Below are positions 15,839 through 24,001 of a stretch of 37,044 bases of DNA, piece after piece. The notes under the pieces were generated by a model, which was not told the origin of the DNA, made no database searches, and saw only the letters and a list, made by a program, of their open reading frames with translations. Source of the stretch: a virus. Every line of letters begins with the position of its first letter. The stretch's first letter is position 1. The stretch spans positions 1 through 37,044 of IMG/VR virus record IMGVR_UViG_3300045988_021519; one strand, given 5' to 3'. The position numbers were made by a program, and so were the translations under genes.

Positions 15839-16064
15839 ATGTAAATGGTTAAAATTTGTTTCTTTTACACTTAACTTGCTTATTTATAGTACTTTATACT
15901 GTAATATAGTGTATTTGTAAAAGATGTAATGATATATACTAATTAGTAACTATTAATAGGTAATATATATAGTTAACATAAATATACTATTGTTATTTTA
16001 AATAATAAATATATGGTATTTTTTAAATATATTCTATAGGGAAACTGCATTTTTACCTTTACAT
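15839..16064. repeat. AT-rich non-coding element, copy A (paralogue of 35618..35841)
   Basis: Conserved blocks sit at the same offsets as in copy B: ATGTAAAT...TTAAAATTTGT.TCTTT.ACACTTAAC (33/40 identical) at offset 0; TAGTACTTTAT at 48; TGTAAAAGATGTAA at 77; TAG.GAAACT at 198; TTACCTTTACAT at 214. The core of roughly 120 bp is almost pure A/T. Confidence 0.85.
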
Positions 16065-16100
16065 CGTTTACAATTGGGCTGAAACGCCCTGTTCATCGGG

Positions 16101-16169
16101 GTTTTGGGTGTGAATGATAGTTTTGGTAGGCGGAAAGATGGCGTTTTGGGCGGAAAAAGCGTATTTTTG
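16101..16169 (+). promoter_or_regulatory. Putative late promoter region with three phased GTTTTGG boxes
   Basis: TTTTGG at 16102, 16121 and 16144 (19 and 23 nt apart). TTTTGG(TA)GGCGGAAA occurs twice. A -7-like TATTTTTG lies at 16162-16169, 23 nt before the ATG at 16192. The -33/-7 spacing is non-canonical. Confidence 0.4.
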
Positions 16170-16191
16170 CATAGTTGTAAATAAAAATTAT

Positions 16192-16881
16192 ATGGCTACA
16201 AAGAAGAAAGAAATTATAGAAACGAAGGAAGCGGTACAGCTGCCAAAGCCCGAGAAGGTTAGGCCGGATTACGCGCACTTCCAATTAGCTCCCACATACG
16301 CGACCACTAAGTATCTGGCGGATTCGTTTGAATACACCAAGTGCTACCAGGTCGCTACGGCGCATTATGGTATGACGCCTATCTGGCAGGAGCCCCAAGA
16401 ACTTTGGGAGGCGTACGCGATTTATTCGGCGTGGTGCGAGGCTACGCCCGTTATAACACAAGAGGCAGTAAAGTCCGGTAACATGGCTGGAACGCTCTAC
16501 GAAGTGCCAAAGAAGCACCTTCAATCGGAGGGCGAGTTCTGTATGTTCCTGGGGGCGAATCCCATATACTTAAGCAACCGCCGCTCCACCTACGCCGAGA
16601 ACCTCAAGGAGTTCGACCTGACGATATGCGCGGACTTCATAGCGGTGATCGACAGGATACGCGAAGCAATCGCACAGGACCTTGATCAGGGCGCGACGGT
16701 GGGACAGTTCGACGCCAACTACGTTCGTGCTCTACGGGGCATTAAAACGCAAATGGACTACACTTCTAACGGCGAAGCCATCAAGGGCGGTTTGACTGTA
16801 AATGTCACCGACCCGAAAGTACGCGCTAAGGTTAGTTCGATTAAGAACTTCAAGAAGGATCATAAAGAGGAGGATAAGTAA
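16192..16881 (+). CDS. putative terminase small subunit (gp3-like DNA-packaging protein)
   Basis: Lies immediately upstream of TerL and is coupled to it (TAATG). It has a basic N-terminus, and the segment PQELWEAY..YSAWCEA...SEGEFCMFLGANPIYL resembles gp3-type small terminases. The track start GTG 16114 lies in the promoter region; ATG 16192 is preferred. Confidence 0.55.
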   Translation: MATKKKEIIETKEAVQLPKPEKVRPDYAHFQLAPTYATTKYLADSFEYTKCYQVATAHYGMTPIWQEPQELWEAYAIYSAWCEATPVITQEAVKSGNMAGTLYEVPKKHLQSEGEFCMFLGANPIYLSNRRSTYAENLKEFDLTICADFIAVIDRIREAIAQDLDQGATVGQFDANYVRALRGIKTQMDYTSNGEAIKGGLTVNVTDPKVRAKVSSIKNFKKDHKEEDK

Positions 16882-18053
16882 TGAACTGTACCTACGTATT
16901 CAATAAGATGATAGGGCCGTTTTGCGACCCCTATATAAGAGGTATCGCGAGTAAAGGCGGTACGCGTTCATCTAAGACGTGGAGTGTGTTACAGCTCCTC
17001 TATTTGGTTGCTAACGAAAGCACCGAGCCTCTGATGATCTCCTGTGTTACCGACACATTACCCGCCGTGAAGCGCGGTATGTTCCGTGACTTCCAGAATA
17101 TGCTGTTAGACGAAGGGGTATGGGACGACAACGCCCTCAACAAGTCTGATTTGATCTACACGGTGAAGCCGGGGGTCTGCATCGAGTTCTTTGGGTGTGA
17201 CAACGCGTCGAAGGTTCACGGTCCGGCCCGCGACATTCTCTTCATCAACGAGGCGCAGCGCGTGCCCCGTGAGATATTCCGGCAGCTGGACGTACGTACC
17301 ACGATTAAGGTTATTATCGACTTTAACCCCGTGAGGCGCTTCTGGGGTGAGACGGACTTCACAGGCGACAAGTACGTAACGATCCACTCAACCTACAAGG
17401 ACAACCCGTATCTATCCAAGCAGCAGGTAGAGGCCATAGAGCGGAACGCCAAGGACGCTAATTGGTGGCGCGTATACGGTGAAGGGCTGACAGGCGGGCT
17501 GGAAGGGCTCGTATATCCCCAAATTGAGACGATCGATAGTCTACCGGAGGATTTAACGGGCGAGGACGTAAAGTTCGTTACAGGGCTTGATTTCGGCTTT
17601 CAGAACGACCCAACCGCTATTGTCAAGATCTACATGCGGGGCATGAACCTGTATATAGATGAAGTGTGCTACGAGACGAAGATGCTTAACCGCACGATCG
17701 CCGAACGGCTTAAGGCGGAAAGACTAGACCGTACCATTACGGTATGCGACAACGCGGAACAGAAGTCTATTATAGAGTTGCGCGGCCTGGGCTGCAACAC
17801 GATCCCCTGTATCAAGGGGAAAGGATCAATTAGGGCGGGCATCCAGCAGGTGAAGCAGTTCAACCTGTTTGTAACGAAGCGGAGCACTAACGTACTGGAC
17901 GAGGCAGACAATTACACCTACGTCAAGGACAACCTGACCGACACGTACACCAACGAGCCGATAGACGCCTACAACCACGCATTAGACGCTGTACGTTACG
18001 GCGTTGACTATCTTATACGTAAATACCGCCCGAGATACGCAAATAATGATTAG
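16881..18053 (+). CDS. terL: terminase large subunit (PBSX/Terminase_3-like)
   Basis: Walker A ASKGGTRSSKTWS; Walker B DILFINEA; C-terminal RNaseH-like nuclease region with GLDFGF and HALDAVRY. Confidence 0.9.
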   Translation: MNCTYVFNKMIGPFCDPYIRGIASKGGTRSSKTWSVLQLLYLVANESTEPLMISCVTDTLPAVKRGMFRDFQNMLLDEGVWDDNALNKSDLIYTVKPGVCIEFFGCDNASKVHGPARDILFINEAQRVPREIFRQLDVRTTIKVIIDFNPVRRFWGETDFTGDKYVTIHSTYKDNPYLSKQQVEAIERNAKDANWWRVYGEGLTGGLEGLVYPQIETIDSLPEDLTGEDVKFVTGLDFGFQNDPTAIVKIYMRGMNLYIDEVCYETKMLNRTIAERLKAERLDRTITVCDNAEQKSIIELRGLGCNTIPCIKGKGSIRAGIQQVKQFNLFVTKRSTNVLDEADNYTYVKDNLTDTYTNEPIDAYNHALDAVRYGVDYLIRKYRPRYANND

Positions 18054-18062
18054 ATTTGCAGC

Positions 18063-18221
18063 ATGAGAGAGGACGATCGAGTACGCATTAAATACGATTA
18101 CGCCGGGGGCACCGGGACGGTTACAGAGGCCGACGTGTTAGGCGTGGTCGTACAATGGGACGGATCGAACGTTGAAGAGTGGTATTATTACGAAGAACTA
18201 GAACTGATTGAATATGAGTAA
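18063..18221 (+). CDS. hypothetical protein (52 aa)
   Basis: ATG 18063, MREDDRVRIKYDYAGGTGTVTEADVLGVVVQWDGSNVEEWYYYEELELIEYE*. It fills the gap after terL and overlaps the next start by 8 nt. Confidence 0.45.
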   Translation: MREDDRVRIKYDYAGGTGTVTEADVLGVVVQWDGSNVEEWYYYEELELIEYE

Positions 18222-18894
18222 AATAAAGTTTATGGGTGTTGAAGACCTGATACTCCAAGAGCCTACCGGATGGAGAGGAAAGATTAAAAACGTTTTCTAC
18301 CGCTTGTGGTGGAAAATTTGTGGGTATTACAACCGCAAACAATTAGAATATATTTGTAACTTGCATCCGAATTACAAGGGCGGCCTAACTTCTGACCAAG
18401 CAGCGACACTTAACGCGGTGGCAGAGTACACTAAGGCCGACCCTTTTATTGTAAAAAATGGCAAGCTCGTGTACCGCATACCCCGTATCGAGGACGTAAC
18501 ACTGTGGCAGGTTATCGAGGCGAGAAGGAGTGAGACGGCAACGGAGAAGGTTACGAAGTGGTGTACGCTTAACGAGTATCAACCCGCGGAGTATGCGCCG
18601 GATAACGTCTACCATCTTCTATGTGCTACGAAGTACATTAAGGAGCAGATAGAGACAGCGGACAGGCTAGAAAAACAGTTGTTCCCTTTTGACGCTGGAA
18701 GCACGCCGGAAGACGATCCGATAAAGGAGGCAAAGAACGTGCTGACACTCGTACAGGCTACGGCGGAACTGTTCGCTTGTTCGTTCGAGGACGCGAAACG
18801 GGTCAATTATCTAGACGCAATGCTGGCGCTATCAAAGCGGCACGAGGAGAACGAGAAACAAAAGGCAGAGATGAAGAAACATTATAAATCATAA
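18214..18894 (+). CDS. hypothetical protein (226 aa)
   Basis: ATG 18214 (the track starts at TTG 18208). No motif recognised. Confidence 0.65.
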   Translation: MSKIKFMGVEDLILQEPTGWRGKIKNVFYRLWWKICGYYNRKQLEYICNLHPNYKGGLTSDQAATLNAVAEYTKADPFIVKNGKLVYRIPRIEDVTLWQVIEARRSETATEKVTKWCTLNEYQPAEYAPDNVYHLLCATKYIKEQIETADRLEKQLFPFDAGSTPEDDPIKEAKNVLTLVQATAELFACSFEDAKRVNYLDAMLALSKRHEENEKQKAEMKKHYKS

Positions 18895-18898
18895 CGTT

Positions 18899-21301
18899 AT
18901 GGGTTTAAAAAAGTATGAGATTATCACAGTAGGGGGCGACAGGAGAGTACGCGCCCTTCGTTCGTGGCAGGTGGGAGACCGGTACGTCAATATTGGCGAC
19001 GTGGGCGGCATCGTGTACGACGAGAAGACATTATCGCAGGACGGGCTTTGCTGGCTGTTCAGGGGCAACTTTGGTTTTCCCGGCGCACGCATCGGAGGGG
19101 ATTCGATCGTGGACGTAGGCGAAGCAACACTAAGCGCCACAGGCACGCCTAACGTAGACATTCTAGGGTCTAGCGTCGTGGTGGGTAGCAAATTGCAGTT
19201 TGGATCAGATCAAATGCCCGCCGACTTCGTAGTACTAACTGAGGCGGACTTCGAGCAGGGGTACATTAATTATGTATCCGGTGCTAATTGGGAAACTATG
19301 AAAGTGGGCAGCCCTAACCACATAAGATCTAAGGCCCCCATTTTCATGGGTGGTATTGGTAAAACAATCAAGCTCGATGTACCGGGGTACATAGTCCAAG
19401 CCTATGTTTTAGATCGTGACGGTATTGGCATGACGGCTTCAACATCAACTAATTCAGGGGTGGGTGTTACGCTAGTCATTCCGGGGGGGCAATACTTCGT
19501 GCTGAGAATGACGAAAAACCCGGCGGGTCCGACAGTCCCGGCAGACGCTACAGCCGCGCAAATCGCGTTTGCAAGTGCTTTCGACACAAAACTATCAATC
19601 ATCGATTCGCGAGTAGAGGTCAACCCCGCAAACGCTACAGGCACGGCAACAATCAAACCGGGCGGCACATATGCGAGCGCATCGGGCGAGAATTACCCGG
19701 AAGCAATCATTAGAAATTCTAAGGTGTCCATAACCGTTCCGGCTGCGGATAATAGGGTATTTAGACTTCTGGGTCAGATAATCGGATCGACTGCGGTACT
19801 AGACGGCACGGCAGGGAGCCTTGTACTAGTCGGGTTATATAGCAACGTTAAGAACCTAATGGTAGCGGGTATATTATCCTCCTATACGGGTGTAAAAGTG
19901 TATAACTTTATACAGGCTACGGACTGTGATAACTTCGCCGTATCGCCTACAATCTTTCCCGGAATGGGTGCAGCACAAACGGCTAACATGCCTTTCATCT
20001 TTCAAGGGTGTAATGTCCCGGACGGTAGGTTCTACCATCACGCACAGATCGCCAACACTTACAAGAACATTGATTTTGCAAAGGCTCAAGCTGATTTGGG
20101 TAAAACGATATTTGGAGGCCCCCTTGTAAGTTCGGAGGTAGAGGGGATGTATCGAGTAATCCGTGCCGATGTGAATGCCTTTGGCGCGCTAGTTGAGAGT
20201 TACGAAAGTGTGAAAAGTCTTAGTATTACAGCGGTTCAAAATTCTTATGGTACAACCATTTATAAGGATGCCTATTTAAACGGCCTATTTGACATTGCAG
20301 GTACGAACGTATTTGGCAGCAAATCACCTAGCCATCCATTGGCACAGGTTCTGAACGTTGCACCTAGAGCGGTTAACGGGAATTTCAACGCCACTGCGGT
20401 GGGTGGAACGATCACGGGGACGATTGGTTCTACAACGGCGGTATGCACACCGGACGCGTTTAGAATTAATGGTTCTAAGGGCTTAACTATTAGTAATTTG
20501 CCGGCGGGCTTCGAAATCATTATATTCGTGACAGATTTTAATAATGTTATAACAAGGGTTCAGGCCTCCACAGCGGCCAATACCGATTTACTTGCGGCGG
20601 GTTTGGTTGATTCAAAGGCTTTTATCCGGTTCAAAAAATCAAATAGTAGCCCGATCACACCCGCAGACCTTGCAGGCGTAACCGTAACGGTGTACAACGG
20701 TTGTAAGATCGTGAACACAGGTGCAACAGCGGTTAATATGAAGGGTAATATCCGCGTAGAGGATAACGCTACACTCGTCAACGCTGCTGTAGTTGGAACG
20801 GGCTACTTTGGTGGTAATTCTGTGGTGTACTATAATCCTGCTGTTTGGGCGGCCCTTGAATGTACCGGGTCGGCGTTCATGAAGGACAACGCGGTATTCG
20901 CGCCAACATCATTGGCCGGGGCGTGTGCACTTGTTCACATGGAGGGCAACGCAAAGTTTATCGGATCGGGTGCTAGAACTAGTACAGAACTTTCATTCAT
21001 CATGAGGGACAACGCTATTATTGAGGGGGTCTCTAATACACGTTCGGGCGTGGTTATGTCCGGTAATGCTAGAGTAACGTCTACTGGGGTTATCGCAGCC
21101 GCTAGCCGCGGCGCTCTTGTTATGAAGGATAACGCTAGTATCGAGGCGGCCACAACCGTTATCGGGGCTATTACACTAGCGGGTAATTACAAGGGTAACG
21201 TAGTAAAAACGTGGACGGGTAAACGGACTATTACAGACGTAAACGAGCCGGAGTACGACAACAACGTAAAAACTCAATATGAACATGAACATGACTTTTA
21301 A
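18899..21301 (+). CDS. large virion protein, putative tail fibre/receptor-binding protein with repetitive beta-helix-like C-terminus
   Basis: 800 aa and Gly/Thr/Val/Asn-rich. The C-terminal 200 aa contain a recurring (M/V)x(D/G)NAx(I/V/F) motif every 17-25 aa (MKGNIRV, VEDNATLV, MKDNAVF, MEGNAKF, MRDNAII, MSGNARV, MKDNASI). Confidence 0.6.
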   Translation: MGLKKYEIITVGGDRRVRALRSWQVGDRYVNIGDVGGIVYDEKTLSQDGLCWLFRGNFGFPGARIGGDSIVDVGEATLSATGTPNVDILGSSVVVGSKLQFGSDQMPADFVVLTEADFEQGYINYVSGANWETMKVGSPNHIRSKAPIFMGGIGKTIKLDVPGYIVQAYVLDRDGIGMTASTSTNSGVGVTLVIPGGQYFVLRMTKNPAGPTVPADATAAQIAFASAFDTKLSIIDSRVEVNPANATGTATIKPGGTYASASGENYPEAIIRNSKVSITVPAADNRVFRLLGQIIGSTAVLDGTAGSLVLVGLYSNVKNLMVAGILSSYTGVKVYNFIQATDCDNFAVSPTIFPGMGAAQTANMPFIFQGCNVPDGRFYHHAQIANTYKNIDFAKAQADLGKTIFGGPLVSSEVEGMYRVIRADVNAFGALVESYESVKSLSITAVQNSYGTTIYKDAYLNGLFDIAGTNVFGSKSPSHPLAQVLNVAPRAVNGNFNATAVGGTITGTIGSTTAVCTPDAFRINGSKGLTISNLPAGFEIIIFVTDFNNVITRVQASTAANTDLLAAGLVDSKAFIRFKKSNSSPITPADLAGVTVTVYNGCKIVNTGATAVNMKGNIRVEDNATLVNAAVVGTGYFGGNSVVYYNPAVWAALECTGSAFMKDNAVFAPTSLAGACALVHMEGNAKFIGSGARTSTELSFIMRDNAIIEGVSNTRSGVVMSGNARVTSTGVIAAASRGALVMKDNASIEAATTVIGAITLAGNYKGNVVKTWTGKRTITDVNEPEYDNNVKTQYEHEHDF

Positions 21302-21689
21302 AGGGATTCTAGATCAGGTTGGAACATGGGGGGCGCAACACGCGCTTCCCGTATTCTTCGGAGATGAAGCCACACGCAATCGGCTGGCAAACGATATAAC
21401 GGGTGATTTTATCTTTGTTGATGTGCCCGGAGGAAGGCAGGACTATAACGACTACGCCGCCGAGGCGTTCTCGATCACAGTGCTTATCCAGGTACTGGGG
21501 ACTTCGCACTACGAGCGCGACGACGTGTCCGAGATCGACGTACTGGATCGGACGTTTACAGTCATTACAGACATAGCGAAGGCGGCAGTTTGCCTCTATG
21601 AGTCCGGGGGAGCAGCGGTAACCAAGCGCCAAAACATTTACGACAGTCCCAAATCGGGCTGGGAGATAACACTTAATCTATCCGAGTAA
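21291..21689 (+). CDS. putative neck/tail-completion protein
   Basis: About 132 aa. Three in-frame ATGs (21279/21285/21291); the last minimises overlap. Size and context suggest a connector; no firm motif. Confidence 0.5.
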   Translation: MTFKGILDQVGTWGAQHALPVFFGDEATRNRLANDITGDFIFVDVPGGRQDYNDYAAEAFSITVLIQVLGTSHYERDDVSEIDVLDRTFTVITDIAKAAVCLYESGGAAVTKRQNIYDSPKSGWEITLNLSE

Positions 21690-22135
21690 TGGCAAGAAAC
21701 GCGATGTTGGAAATAGAGGTACTACTAACCAAGCTACGGGACGACATAGAAGCGTCTTACAAGGCTAAAGGGCTGATGGCGTCGGGCAACTTTGCCAAAG
21801 AGCTAAAGTTAGTCGTGGGGGGCAATAACGCCCGGATCACCGCGCCGCGTTATGTCGGGGCTATGGAAGGCGGACGCGCTGTGGGCAAACGCCCGCCGTT
21901 GTGGATCATCCGGAAGTGGATCGAGGACAAGAACAAGCAAGGCGCGAACATACCGTTAACCGCGGCATACCCGATCGCGAAAGCTATTGGCGAGTTCGGG
22001 ATCAAGGTACCCAACAGCCACAACCCCGGCGGCGTAGTTTCGGACGTTCTCAACCCGGCAAGGGTCTTGAAGTTACAAAACGAAATAGTAACCATAATTA
22101 GATACGCTATTATTGACACTTTAAATATTAAATGA
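21689..22135 (+). CDS. putative head-tail joining protein (HK97 gp10-like resemblance)
   Basis: 148 aa, coupled at both ends. The segment GLMASGNFAKELK...ITAPRYVGAMEGGR loosely recalls the gp10 family. Confidence 0.45.
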   Translation: MARNAMLEIEVLLTKLRDDIEASYKAKGLMASGNFAKELKLVVGGNNARITAPRYVGAMEGGRAVGKRPPLWIIRKWIEDKNKQGANIPLTAAYPIAKAIGEFGIKVPNSHNPGGVVSDVLNPARVLKLQNEIVTIIRYAIIDTLNIK

Positions 22136-24000
22136 TGAACATATATATACCAATAGCAAATGTAACACTAACCGACGGCCAAACCTATGACGGGCAGTTA
22201 CCCGTGTGGGCTACACGCCCGCTAATGGTGAAGGTGACAACGGGCACAAACGAGCCTGTTAATATTGCCGTGAGGGACGGCGGATCGTCGGTTAAAACCG
22301 TAACTTTGCCGTACCAACAAAACGGGATGGACGTTGACCTATCTTTTGCCGCTCCGTTACTTAAGCGCGCCGACCGTAACAAGTCGCAGGGTACACCGTG
22401 GTTTATGCAACAGAAGTTAGCGTTCTGGACATCCAACTCGGGAAGCCCTATAATTATTCCCGTATTCCACTGTGATCTTACATACTGGGACACGCTAGGA
22501 GTAGATGCCGCTCTTCCCCAACCGCCAAAGCCGCGCATACCGGGGCAGACGTTAGACATATTTTTCCCCTACGTTATACACCCGTATGACGCGCTTTTCC
22601 TTGAGGTTGAACCCGTGACAGGCGCGCCTAGTAATGTTATATTTCCCGCTACATACGTGCTGGGAAACACTATCGATATAACGTATATCAAGAAGCTAAC
22701 TATTAAAAACGTGTGGGGTAACGGGCTGGATCAGGTGATTAACTATGAAGACCGCCTAATGTCTGACGCTGTTTACGATACCGGGCTTCAATGCGCTTTG
22801 CGCGCTAGATGGAACATGCGCAACGGGCAATGGTTCTGGGCTGCATTTAAGGACTATTTTTGGTCTAATAAGTTCACACCGATCCGGGGCCGCGGAGGCG
22901 TAACCGAGCAGGCCGAGATCACAATAAACCTAGAGTACAGCGAAGAGTGGTATAACGTCTACCAAGAGTTGTTGGTATCGTCTAATGTCGTGTTTGACTT
23001 GAACATACCGGGTATAAACCAATACCATTCGAAACGCTTTAGAGCCGAGGTCGTAGGCGACACAGGGGCGCGCTGGTCAAACAGTACTAAGACGTACAGA
23101 CAGCAGGTAAGATTCAGAACAACGGAACTACAAGACAATTATATGTCCCCGCTAGCGCCGGATCAACCGCCTACACCGTCGATCGTGTTTACAGCACAGA
23201 AAAACCCGTGGATGATCAGTGCGGCGTATGCGGAAGGACTGGTTAACAGCATATACAGTAACGTAGCATGGAAAGTACAGAGTACACCGTCGTGGTTATC
23301 GGTGGATAATCTCACGGGGAGCGCGGGAACCACACCGTTAACTGTAACGGTAGCCGCCAACACAGGCAATGCTAGAACGGGTAACATAGTACTGAAGAGT
23401 TTGGTGGGGTCTACAACGTACAATATAGCCGTTACACAGGCGGGCGCAACGGGCAATATAACAGTAGACACTCCAACGTTTAACATAGACTATCTAACAC
23501 ATCCGGTAACCATGAACGTTACATCGGTTGGCACATGGTCTATTTCTCAAAAGGATTCGTGGATCACGCCAAGCGTTACAGCAGGCCCGAACGGAACAAC
23601 AACCGTAACGTTAACGATCGGGGATAATTTACCGGCAGGCGCATCCGCTAGAACCGGAACAATTAAATTCCAAAACGATCTTACAGGCGAGATCGCAACA
23701 GTTACGATTAATCAGGGAGGCGCGCCAACTTCAATTAAAATATTACCGTCTCGTGTGTCAGGCCCTAAAGCCGGGGGGGATCAAATCGCGCTCGCGGCGG
23801 CAACATCCGGAAATGCTTGGATTATGGGTAGCGCGCCTAGCTGGGTATCCATTTTGCCTACCTCAGGAGAGGCCGGGCAAACAGCCATAGCTGTTAAATA
23901 CGATACGGCGAACCCGGGAGCAGCGCGGACAGGGCAGTTGAGACTAGAGAATACAACTACGCACGAGATAGCGATTTGTTTAATCACACAGGAGGGATAA
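22132..24000 (+). CDS. tail/baseplate protein with three C-terminal BACON-like domains
   Basis: 622 aa. From about 23179 to 23997 there are three units of roughly 90 aa, each with W..(S/T)..SW(L/I/V)S, T(V/I)T(V/L) and N....ARTG.I, ending (V/I)(T/N)Q(A/G/E)G. Examples: NTGNARTGNIVLKS...IAVTQAG; GASARTGTIKFQN...VTINQGG; NPGAARTGQLRLEN...CLITQEG. Confidence 0.75.
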   Translation: MMNIYIPIANVTLTDGQTYDGQLPVWATRPLMVKVTTGTNEPVNIAVRDGGSSVKTVTLPYQQNGMDVDLSFAAPLLKRADRNKSQGTPWFMQQKLAFWTSNSGSPIIIPVFHCDLTYWDTLGVDAALPQPPKPRIPGQTLDIFFPYVIHPYDALFLEVEPVTGAPSNVIFPATYVLGNTIDITYIKKLTIKNVWGNGLDQVINYEDRLMSDAVYDTGLQCALRARWNMRNGQWFWAAFKDYFWSNKFTPIRGRGGVTEQAEITINLEYSEEWYNVYQELLVSSNVVFDLNIPGINQYHSKRFRAEVVGDTGARWSNSTKTYRQQVRFRTTELQDNYMSPLAPDQPPTPSIVFTAQKNPWMISAAYAEGLVNSIYSNVAWKVQSTPSWLSVDNLTGSAGTTPLTVTVAANTGNARTGNIVLKSLVGSTTYNIAVTQAGATGNITVDTPTFNIDYLTHPVTMNVTSVGTWSISQKDSWITPSVTAGPNGTTTVTLTIGDNLPAGASARTGTIKFQNDLTGEIATVTINQGGAPTSIKILPSRVSGPKAGGDQIALAAATSGNAWIMGSAPSWVSILPTSGEAGQTAIAVKYDTANPGAARTGQLRLENTTTHEIAICLITQEG

Positions 24001-24001
24001 A

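Noticed and set aside
15654-15839. 61-aa + strand ORF in the 15.6-16.2 kb intergenic region
   Set aside because: It starts at TTG directly after two terminators. Its N-terminus is just the translation of the 15-bp tandem repeat (KNFVRKNFVREKF). It has no promoter or credible start context.
15839-16064. Considered whether the AT-rich elements are CRISPR mini-arrays, tRNA/tmRNA genes or MITE-like mobile elements
   Set aside because: There are no regularly spaced 25-40-bp direct repeats, no cloverleaf or T-loop (GTTCGAATC-like) sequence, no terminal inverted repeats beyond the 7-8-bp ATGTAAA box, and no target-site duplication. The AT-only core cannot form stable RNA structure.
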